DNA of 64,000 bases from Bacteroidales bacterium (GTDB taxonomy: Bacteria > Bacteroidota > Bacteroidia > Bacteroidales > B18-G4), in NCBI GenBank assembly GCA_018400295.1, contig JAGYMZ010000004.1:10803-74802 (forward strand), written 5' to 3'. A program made the position numbers and the translations under genes. Of the stretch, positions 7,818-15,651 are shown one piece after another. Each line of letters starts with the position of its first letter. Positions within the stretch are counted from its first letter, which is position 1. Under the pieces are notes generated by a model. That model searched no databases, was not told the DNA's origin, and saw nothing but the letters and a program-made list of their open reading frames with translations.

Positions 7818-10376
7818 CTAATACACGATCATCCTTTCAGACCAGGTGCTGTTTTCGGTTTGTATATTCACAAGGTAGACACCCACGGGGAAGCCGGAAA
7901 TATTAAGGGTACTGTTTTTCCCGTCCAGGGTGCGGTGTAATAGTTGCTGGCCGCTGATGGAAAGGATCTCCAGTTCCGGCGCATCGGTTTCCGGCGTTTC
8001 GATGTTCAAAACGTTCCGCGCCGGGTTCGGATAGATGCTGAAGGCCTCCGAGGCCAGTTGGTCCAGTCCCTGGTTGCCTTCCACGATTACCCTTACCATG
8101 CAGGTATCCGAATGCCCCTGTCCGTCATACACGCGGTAGGAAAACAGGTCCTCTCCATAAAAATCCGGGCAGGAGGTGTACAGGAAGGAGCCGTCGAAAA
8201 ACAGCTCCAGGGTTCCATTGGCCGGTGGTACGGTCAGTTCGGCAAACAGGATGTCACCGTCCAGGTCGTAATCGTTTTGCATCACGCCGTTGTTTTCATC
8301 CACCATCAGTGTGATCCTCTGTTGGGCAATATATTCATCGCAAAAGGCGATGGGCGGGTTATTGAAATCGTTGATGTCTGCTTCCACAATGGCCATGGAA
8401 GCCTTTTCCACCTCCACTGTATCCTCCACAAAATTCCAGTCATTCCAGGTATACCGTACATCCGACGCCGTCTTGCCCTGGTGAAAGAATGCCGTGAAAG
8501 CCAATCCGTCAGATATGGTGTCTTCCCGCTGGGGTGTATCGCGGTAATCATGGATCACCCGCATGTGGCTGGGGTCGGTATACTGCAGCAGGGACCAGGG
8601 TATGCGGATGTCGATGGAGTCGATGCCCATCACTATGGCATCCAGGGAATTGGGCGGGAAGTCGAAGCGGTTCACTTTCAAAGCGCCCACGTATTGAATT
8701 TCATAATCCGGGTCGCTGTTCTTCCAGCGAACCAGCTTCCAGGGTTCCCCGTCTGTGGGTATGGAGTGGTAAAGCTGTTCCGGTCCGGAAATATAATGCC
8801 ATATCCCGAACAGGTCATAGGCGCGGGTCACGAAAAGCTCGGCGGAGAAGTTCGTGATCTTGAGGCAGAACTCAGCCCGTTCTGTGACCGTATCGCCGGA
8901 GGGCAGGATGGATTCGCCCAGGGTTTCGGCATAGGAATCGATGGCCAGCCATAGCGTGTCGATGTCGGTCATATGTTCGCCGAGCATAAGTTTCAGGTGT
9001 AAAAACTCATAATCCCTTGCGGCGCTGATTTCCGTGACGGGCTGACCGGGACTGGAGGCCACGGTCTGATATTCGGTTGTTTGCTTTTTAAAGCCGATGA
9101 GCCCGAAGTTTTGTTCTGCTGCCATAATGTTTTGCCAGAGTATTCGGCTTTCCGGGTTGAAATCGATGGGGTCGGTGATCCAGGTTCGCTTGAACCATTC
9201 GTCTATCCAGGAAAACTGTGCGCCCCCGCCGCATCCGGCATCCTGTATGTTGTGAAGGATGCGCAGGTAATTATATCCCTGGTCCTGTTCGCTGAATCCG
9301 CCGTGGTGCATGCCGCTTTGGGCGTAGTGGGCAATCCCCCAGCTGGAGGGGGTGCCGTATTCGGCTATGATCAGGGGGAAGCGATGGTAATGGCTTTTCA
9401 GGTGATTTAGGTAGCCAAGATAACTGTTGGGGCCGATATGGTCGAAGTAGCTCTGGTATTCCGGTTCCCTGCTTATAAAGTCGGGATAATAGGGATAGGC
9501 ATGGTAGCTTGCGAAACAGCCGGCCGGTGCGTTGGTGAACTGCAGGTTGGCCAGGTCCACCTGTGCCGTGTCTTCATCGGGGAAAAGTCCGGCCGGATGA
9601 CGCATCGGGTCAAGGGTAGGCCAGGAAGAAAAACTCATGGGCCTTTCTGTTTGGTATTCCGTCCGTTCATAGAGCACCATATTGTCCAGTCTTGCCGTGA
9701 TCCATGATTCCGTGGGCGATCCGGCGGGTAATGTGAAAGCCTGTCCGGAGAAGCTTGAGTCGCCGGGATGCAGGGCATCGGTGGTCAGCACTTCCGTGGG
9801 GTACACTTCCCGCCCCATGATGTAAGCCATGACCCAGGGGGAGACGTCTGTATCGTAAGTGCCATAGGCTTTGCCAAAACGCGGTGGGATCACCTTGTTG
9901 CCGTGCATGCAGTCGACCGTTTCCTCAGCCAGCAGGTCGAAGGTATCGGTCAGGAAATGCAGGTCATGTTCATAGCCTTCCAGTTCTTCTTCCAGCCATA
10001 CTCCCTGCAACAGGAGCATGGGGCTGTGGGGGCGGGCCAGATTGAAGGAATCCAGCACTTCGTAAAAGCGTGGGTAATGAAGCGTGTAAAGGCGTATGGC
10101 ATTGTATCCGATTTCTTTCATCCGTGCTATCCAGCTGCTGTACTGATCGCGGGTAGCGGCCAGGTGGCCCGGAAAGGTGCCGGGAACGGCCACGCCCAGG
10201 TTCATGGCCTTCAGGAAAACAGGCTGGTATTCCTGTCCGTTCCATACGGTCAGGTTGGTTTCGTCAACCGAAAAGGGCACGGCCGTGTTTTCCTGGCAAT
10301 AAAAATTGCCGGGCTGGCTTTTCAGGCCGGGTGCAAGGGAAATGAGCAGGACAATGAATGGCAGGATTGTTCTCAT
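7818..10376 (-). CDS. Secreted multidomain protein: TIM-barrel glycoside-hydrolase-like N-terminal region, cadherin/Ig-like domain, T9SS C-terminal sorting domain
   Basis: Signal peptide MRTILPFIVLLISLAPGLKSQ (start at 10376; ORF maximum 10418). The GYNAIRLYTLHYPRFYEVL and AYHAYPYYPDF segments look like a GH TIM barrel. NDYDLDGD...PANGTLE...YTSCPDFYGEDLFSYRVYDGQG is cadherin-like. The C-terminal FSIYPNPARNVLNIE...GVYLVNIQ matches a Por/T9SS CTD. Confidence 0.7.
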   Translation of the reverse strand: MRTILPFIVLLISLAPGLKSQPGNFYCQENTAVPFSVDETNLTVWNGQEYQPVFLKAMNLGVAVPGTFPGHLAATRDQYSSWIARMKEIGYNAIRLYTLHYPRFYEVLDSFNLARPHSPMLLLQGVWLEEELEGYEHDLHFLTDTFDLLAEETVDCMHGNKVIPPRFGKAYGTYDTDVSPWVMAYIMGREVYPTEVLTTDALHPGDSSFSGQAFTLPAGSPTESWITARLDNMVLYERTEYQTERPMSFSSWPTLDPMRHPAGLFPDEDTAQVDLANLQFTNAPAGCFASYHAYPYYPDFISREPEYQSYFDHIGPNSYLGYLNHLKSHYHRFPLIIAEYGTPSSWGIAHYAQSGMHHGGFSEQDQGYNYLRILHNIQDAGCGGGAQFSWIDEWFKRTWITDPIDFNPESRILWQNIMAAEQNFGLIGFKKQTTEYQTVASSPGQPVTEISAARDYEFLHLKLMLGEHMTDIDTLWLAIDSYAETLGESILPSGDTVTERAEFCLKITNFSAELFVTRAYDLFGIWHYISGPEQLYHSIPTDGEPWKLVRWKNSDPDYEIQYVGALKVNRFDFPPNSLDAIVMGIDSIDIRIPWSLLQYTDPSHMRVIHDYRDTPQREDTISDGLAFTAFFHQGKTASDVRYTWNDWNFVEDTVEVEKASMAIVEADINDFNNPPIAFCDEYIAQQRITLMVDENNGVMQNDYDLDGDILFAELTVPPANGTLELFFDGSFLYTSCPDFYGEDLFSYRVYDGQGHSDTCMVRVIVEGNQGLDQLASEAFSIYPNPARNVLNIETPETDAPELEILSISGQQLLHRTLDGKNSTLNISGFPVGVYLVNIQTENSTWSERMIVY

Positions 10377-10737
10377 CGCAAACGGTTTAAAAAAAGTAAA
10401 GATACCCAGGTTTTGCATATCCTTAACGGGACAGCCGGGAAATTACCAACAAAATCATGTTCAGGAAAACGGCTTTTTGATCCGTACGCAAATTCATACG
10501 AAGGGATCCGGGATCCTGATACGTTATACAGACAGCATTTGGCGGCAAAAGGATGCATGGTTTTTCCTCCGGCACCCTGCTCAATGCCGGCATGTGTGCA
10601 TTACAGGTAAACCGGTGCGGATCATGCGTGGCGATCAAGGTTTTATGACCGGGTCACCGGCGATGGGGGTACGTATCATAGGCTCCGGGGATAGATCCTC
10701 GGAATCCCTGAAAAAATGGGGGACAAGGCAGGCATCC

Positions 10738-11781
10738 TTATACCGCGATAACAAATTGATATACCAGGTACACCACATAGGCGGCCGATAGGAGCAGTCC
10801 GGCCGCTTTCCGGTTCAAGCGCTTGTTGAACAGGATGACCAGGAACAGGAACAGGATGGTCAAGGACAATATGATGAAAGAGGAGAGCATTTCCTGATTG
10901 TCGACCGGGATGGAGGCGAATCCGGTAAACATTGAGAACAGCATCAGCGGCAGTCCCAGGCCAACAAGGATGTCAAAGACATTGGACCCGATCGCGTTGT
11001 TGATCGCCATTCCGGGCCTGCCCTGACGGGCCACGATCACCGACGACATCAAATCCGGGACGGAAGTGCCCACAGCTATGACCGTCAGGGCGATAAAGAC
11101 TTCATGGATACCGAGGACCTCCGACAAGCCAATGGCCAGTTGGACCAGGAACCAGCTGAGCAGGGTGATCAGTCCGATGGAAACCAAAAAGGCCAGGTAA
11201 TATCTGGAAGTAAATGGTCCGGTCCACTCGCGTAGCCGGGCAAGGAGGGAACCCGGCCCGGACCGGGTGGTTTTCCCCGGTTTGTTTTCAACGGTTTCAT
11301 CATCTCCGTAGGGGAACCATTTTTTCCATTTCTTCAATGCGACCAAATAAAGGATGTACAGGGCTACCAGGAGGATGCTTTCCTGCAGGCTAACCGTGCC
11401 ATCCCAGAAAGACAGAATGATTGCGGCGGTGGCCAGGAAATAGAAGATCAGGTCCCGGACTATGGGTTGCCGGAACCGGATCACCTTGTGTCCCAGGAAC
11501 AGGGAAACCCCTACGATAACCAGGGCATTGAACAGGGAAGAACCGACAATGGTACCGATCCCGATGTTTTGGTGTTGCCCGGCCATGAAAATGGAGACCA
11601 GTGCCACGAAAAGTTCGGGGGCACTGGACCCGGCGGCCATCAGGGTAGCCCCGGCGATGTCGGAGGAAAGGTTAAACCGGCGGGCAATGGAGTCCAGGGA
11701 CGGGACAAAGAACCATTCCGTAATAAAATGCAACAGGAAAAGGGCCAGAATGAGCAGCACGAAGTAAATAAACAGGTCCAT
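10738..11781 (-). CDS. Calcium/sodium antiporter (YrbG / CaCA family)
   Basis: Polytopic membrane protein with two alpha-repeat motifs (GATLMAAGSSAPELF and AVGTSVPDLMSSV..A) separated by a hydrophilic loop. Confidence 0.85.
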   Translation of the reverse strand: MDLFIYFVLLILALFLLHFITEWFFVPSLDSIARRFNLSSDIAGATLMAAGSSAPELFVALVSIFMAGQHQNIGIGTIVGSSLFNALVIVGVSLFLGHKVIRFRQPIVRDLIFYFLATAAIILSFWDGTVSLQESILLVALYILYLVALKKWKKWFPYGDDETVENKPGKTTRSGPGSLLARLREWTGPFTSRYYLAFLVSIGLITLLSWFLVQLAIGLSEVLGIHEVFIALTVIAVGTSVPDLMSSVIVARQGRPGMAINNAIGSNVFDILVGLGLPLMLFSMFTGFASIPVDNQEMLSSFIILSLTILFLFLVILFNKRLNRKAAGLLLSAAYVVYLVYQFVIAV

Positions 11782-11997
11782 ACGATATCCAATGGGTTAT
11801 AACATTTGGAATTTCAGTATTTTATATCCCGGAAATATTCGAATGTCTTGAGTCTTCAGCACGTTCCGGATCCCGGGAACAGGGTCCCCTTACCAGCCTT
11901 CAAATGTACGCATAATTAATCAATTCCCCCGTCCGGCAAGACCGCTTTTTCAGCCCCTGAACAAGGGGTTTTCCATAAAATTCCCTACCTTTGCCCC

Positions 11998-12086
11998 GGA
12001 GAGTTGCCGGAGTGGTCGAACGGGGCTGACTCGAAATCAGCTGACCTGCTTATGCGGGTCCGGGGGTTCGAATCCCTCACTCTCCG
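11998..12086 (+). tRNA. tRNA-Ser (anticodon CGA)
   Basis: GGAGAGTTGCCGGAGTGGTCGAACGGGGCTGA CTCGAAA TCAGC, a long variable arm, GGTTCGAATCC T-loop, acceptor stem GGAGAGT/ACTCTCC and discriminator G. Confidence 0.9.
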
Positions 12087-12290
12087 CAATGTATATTTGC
12101 TAACAACTTGCAAACATTCCAGTTGCTTCCAAAAGAACCCGCCAGGTATTTTTGCGGGCCCGGGCCCGGTGACTGGTAACTTTCGTACCCATGGCAAAGA
12201 TACTGACAAGCGCCTTTGTTTCCGAACCATGCGGATGATTATTAAGCGCTGGCGGCATGTCTAAATCCATCCATCACACCAGAAAGGCCA

Positions 12291-12311
12291 TGGGGTTAAA
12301 TACCGTTTATT
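12291..12311 (+). repeat. Copy A of an exact 21-bp direct repeat TGGGGTTAAATACCGTTTATT
   Basis: An identical 21-mer is read at 12291-12311 and 32351-32371 in the same orientation. The flanks are not obviously similar. Confidence 0.9.
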
Positions 12312-12326
12312 AATCACGAATCAACC

Positions 12327-13380
12327 ATGGCCAAAAACAACAAACCCGACATCAACTTTGAACAGGACCTCTGGAAAGCGGCCAACGAACTGCGTGGTGC
12401 GGTGGCTGAAAACCAGTACAAGGATTATGTGCTTTCCCTGCTTTTCCTGAAGTACATGTCGGAGAAGTATGAGAAGCGGAAGACAGAGATTGAGGGATTG
12501 ATAGAAGAACCGGAATCGGAATATTATACCACCGATCCTGAAGAAAAAGAATTCTGGGTTTCAGATGAGGATGAGTATAAAAAAGCGGGCGCCCTGGTAT
12601 TGCCCGAAGAATGCACCTGGGATTACCTGCAAAGCAATGCCGAACAGGACGACATCAAAATAAAGGTGGACAATGCTTTCACCATCCTGGATGAAAAGCT
12701 GGCCGAATATAAACCCACGTTGAAAGGTTTGTTGCCGCCCCTGTTTGTGAAAAGCCAGTTAACGGCTACCCAGACCGGCGGATTGATCAACCTGTTTTCC
12801 CACAAGAAGTTTTCATTGATTGAAAATCCTGAAAGCGACATTTTTGGCAGGATATACGAGTATTACATTGGCAAGTTTGCCATGGCCGAGGGTTCGGGTG
12901 CCAGACAATAGATATATAGATTGCATTGTACGATTACCGGATAAGTTATTCATGACAGTTGCCATTCCCGCAACCCTGTTTTTCCTGAGCAAGAACCGCG
13001 ATGGTAACGATGGAAAACGGAACCGGATGGATGAGATCCTTTTCATTGACGCCGGCAAACTGGGCGAAATGGCCACACGCCGCCTGCGGGTATTCTCCGA
13101 AGAAGACATTGCGAAAATTGCCGATGCCTACCACCAATGGAGAAATACGGATGGAAGTTATGAAGACATACCGGGTTTCTGCAAAGCAGCCAGACTGGAA
13201 GACGTAAAAGAAAACGACTATAAGCTCACCCCCGGAATTTATGTGGGCTCAGAAGCGGAAGAAGATGACGGGATTCCTTTTGAAGAAAAGATGGAAGGAT
13301 TGAAAGAGCAGTTGAAAGAGCAGTTTGAGAAGTCGAATGAATTGCAGGAAAGGATTATGAATAACTTAAACGATCTTTGA
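12327..13380 (+). pseudogene. hsdM: Type I restriction-modification methyltransferase subunit HsdM with its catalytic core deleted
   Basis: ORF 12327-12911 has the HsdM_N pattern (DLWKAANELRG, LLFLKYMSEKYE, FGRIYEYYIGKFAMAEG) and then stops. ORF 12820-13380, in another frame, carries the HsdM C-terminal end (IDCIVRLPDKLF, IPATLFFLSKNR, ILFIDAG, NDYKLTPGIYVG). The SAM-binding and NPPF/Y motifs expected between them are missing. Confidence 0.8.
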
Positions 13381-13417
13381 ATAATCCAACAGGCTGTTTG
13401 ACTGAATCATAAGCTCT

Positions 13418-13447
13418 AAAGATTATAAACAGCAATTATAATCTTTT
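13418..13447 (+). terminator. Hairpin downstream of the hsdM remnant (possible intrinsic terminator)
   Basis: An 11-bp perfect stem AAAGATTATAA / TTATAATCTTT with a 7-nt loop. The T-tract is short and partly inside the stem. Confidence 0.4.
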
Positions 13448-13502
13448 GGGGTTATATTTTACAAACAAGTATATCCTGGACCTTCGGGTTCGGATAAGAA
13501 AA

Positions 13503-14512
13503 ATGACAAAAGAAGAACTCATACAACGACTTGATGACATCGAATGGGAAGATTTCGAGGTGAAAGAAGCAAAATCGGATGTCCCGGGAAATGTCAGGGA
13601 AACGGTTTCGGCTTTTTCGAATACTTCCGGTGGCTGGATTGTTTTCGGTGTGAAACAGCAGGGAAAGAATTATGGAATTAAAGGTGTTGCAAAACCGGAT
13701 AAGATAGAGCAGGATTTTACGACTTCCCTGCGTGGTGACGTTTATAACATCAAGATCAGTCCTGAGTGCAAGAAATACAACTTTGACGAAGGCATTGTGC
13801 TTGGTTTTAAAATCCCTCCCTCCAATAAAAAACCGGTCTGGTTCAACAATCCGAAAAATACATTTATCCGCGAAGCACTGGTCAACATGCTCATGCATTC
13901 CGATTATTTCAGTTCGCAGAAGCCCCGCATCCGGGTGTTTACCGATCGGATCGAATTCAATAACCCTGGTGCATTACCCAATGATCTGGATACCATTCTC
14001 AGGGAAGACCTGTCCAAACCGAGGAACCCGGTCATTGCAAAAATCTTCAGGGTGATCAACCTGGCGCAAAATGCCGGTTATGGATTTGATAAAATGATCA
14101 ACGGGTGGAATTCCTACTACCATACCGACCCTGAAATTAAAAGTGGCACCGATTATTATACCATCACTTTTAAGGTAGATGAAAAATATGCCACCAGGAA
14201 GGATAAAAAGGCCTCTGAAAAAGGTGGTAGAACAGGCGGTAGAACAGGCGGTAGAACAGGCGGTACAACAGGTGGTATAGCCGGTGAAAAAAAGAAGAAA
14301 TAGCAAGAAATGAAGTTGTTACAAAACTTACTCCACGACAAAAAGAAGTTTATCGATTGATTAAGGAAAATCCACAGATATCTTTTAAAGAAATTGGAGT
14401 ACGAACAGGCATAAAGAGCAAATCCACCATTCAAAAGCATATATTAAAATTGAGAGAACTTGGATTGATTGAAAGAGTGAGCACCTATGGTGGTTATTGG
14501 GAGATATTATGA
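13503..14512 (+). pseudogene. AlbA_2 (Schlafen-like) / HATPase_c_4 ATP-binding protein with a central deletion and a frameshifted wHTH tail
   Basis: The N-terminus is AlbA_2-like (EWEDFEVKEAK...SAFSNTSGGWIVFGV). It joins directly at about 13866 to the HATPase_c_4-like core (REALVNMLMHSDYF...RIEFNNPGAL...RNPVIAKIF). It stops at 14303 after an A7 run. The next frame, with no start codon, encodes LTPRQKEVYRLIKENPQISFKEIGVRTGIKSKSTIQKHILKLRELGLIERV...GYWEIL, ending at 14512. Confidence 0.7.
14226..14273 (+). repeat. 12-bp tandem repeat: GGTAGAACAGGC x3 plus one degenerate unit
   Basis: Read directly. It encodes GGRTGGRTGGRTGGTT in the linker of the AlbA_2-family remnant. Confidence 0.9.
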
Positions 14513-14547
14513 AGAATCAAGATGTAGAACATGTTAAATGATTTAAC

Positions 14548-15118
14548 ATGAAAGAAGACAGTGTAGTGGCCCAGATGCATCACACCAACATTACCAACAA
14601 CCTGAACCATGACTATATCATCGATCAATATGTAGCCATGCTGGTAGACCAGGAATGGGAAGTCAGGCGAAACAATAAAATAGAAAACCTGATCATTACC
14701 GGTGCCACCGGCACCGGCAAGATCTATCTTGCCCAGGCGCTGGGGCATCAGGCTTGTATGATGCTTATGAAAACAAAATACTATAACACGGCCAGGCTGA
14801 TGGATCATTTTAAATTGTCCAGGCTGGAAGGGAACTACACCAAGAGCCTTTAAGTATATAGAGAAAACAGACCTGCTCATACTGGATGACTTTGGCTTGA
14901 ATGCTTTCGACAATCAAGGCAGACAGGCCCTTATGGATGTCATTGAATCCATATATGATCGCAGGTCAGTGATCATCAGCTCCCAGGTGCCAGTCTCCGC
15001 CGGGCACGATCTCATTGGCGAAGGCACCATCGCTGATGCTATACTTGACAGGGTGGTGCAATCATCACATCGCATACAACTCAAAGGTGAATCACTAAGA
15101 AAAAACAAGCTCAAATAA
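14548..15118 (+). pseudogene. istB: IS21-family IstB helper ATPase, internally deleted and frameshifted
   Basis: ORF 14548-14853 has the N-terminal DQEWEVRRNNKIENL fused directly to Walker A (ITGATGTGKIYLAQALGHQAC) and stops at ...GNYTKSL. The adjacent frame continues KYIEKTDLLILDDFGL (Walker B), and ORF 14897-15118 carries the IstB C-terminus (SSQVPVS..H..IGEGTIADAILDRVV..SHRIQLKGESLRK). Confidence 0.8.
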
Positions 15119-15200
15119 ATAGAAAGGAGGTCAACAAATTAATGTGAAAAATAAAAACAAATTAATGTTTAATTTTGGCCAAGAAATTACATCTGTTTGC

Positions 15201-15244
15201 AGTGGCACAACATGTCCGAAACAGGTGGCACAATATCACCGAAA
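15201..15244 (+). repeat. Two imperfect 21-bp direct repeats, putative transposase-binding sub-repeats of the IS21 right end
   Basis: 15201-15221 AGTGGCACAACATGTCCGAAA and 15224-15244 GGTGGCACAATATCACCGAAA share most positions. Read directly. Confidence 0.6.
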
Positions 15245-15254
15245 TATCCACCAC

Positions 15255-15452
15255 CAGTTTGCAGCCATTGGCTTTTTGCTGGCCGCCAAATCCATTTTCC
15301 GTTTCGGGGATTTGCGGGAATCCTCCGATTGCAAACGAACGGAATATATTTTATTCGGAACATTCCTGAGCTTTACCCTGGCGGTTTTGCTTGGGGTAGG
15401 GGTGGGGGATGCTGCTTCATTTAACATGAAAATGATCTGGGACGGGCAATGA
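15255..15452 (+). pseudogene. C-terminal fragment of a small membrane protein truncated at the IS end
   Basis: The tail of ORF 15144-15452 reads FAAIGFLLAAKSIFRFGDLRE...EYILFGTFLSFTLAVLLGV, which looks like a real two-helix membrane protein C-terminus. The N-terminal part of that ORF reads through IS-end repeats. The family is uncertain; it is possibly DUF3307-like. Confidence 0.3.
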
Positions 15453-15651
15453 ACAATTCCCCCCTGCCAATTGTATCCTAATTGAACACCCCATGCCGGC
15501 GCAAGAGGGATCGTTGTTCCTTTTTGAATGCCAGGCAATTAATTTAATGTTATTTTAAACCTTTCATGCTTTTGTCCGGAGCGGATCTGATGGAATTGAG
15601 TACCTTTGCAGTCCTGATCCAAAACAGTAAATCTGGAATTATTCATTATAT

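Larger units (their letters stand above)
14548..15250 (+). mobile_element. IS21-family element remnant: istB fragment plus right terminus; istA and the left end are absent
   Basis: The istB remnant is followed by two sets of short direct sub-repeats, as found in IS21-type ends: AACAAATTAATGT at 15133 and 15156, and AGTGGCACAACATGTCCGAAA / GGTGGCACAATATCACCGAAA at 15201 and 15224. The exact terminus was not determined. Confidence 0.6.

Noticed and set aside
7353-7818. ORFs 7353-7751 (+), 7419-7649 (-) and 7444-7818 (-); likewise 11985-12230 and 12004-12264
   Set aside because: They read through the tRNA-Ser genes and flanking non-coding DNA, and they have no protein-like features.
10419-10737. 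A 319-bp intergenic region, and the similar 11782-11997 region, as candidate riboswitch or leader elements
   Set aside because: I recognised no conserved riboswitch core sequence on either strand, only short unremarkable stems. These regions would need a covariance-model scan.
14226-14273. Tandem repeat as a possible CRISPR or minisatellite array
   Set aside because: The units are 12 bp, contiguous with no spacers, in-frame and coding for a GGRT linker. This is not a CRISPR architecture. No CRISPR-like repeat-spacer pattern was seen anywhere in the window.
15453-15651. Expected direct repeat of the tRNA-Ser(CGA) 3' end marking the far border of an integrated island
   Set aside because: I could not find any copy of the tRNA 3' segment (…GGTTCGAATCCCTCACTCTCC) between 12087 and 15651 or nearby. 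Classical att-site evidence for integrase-mediated insertion is therefore absent.
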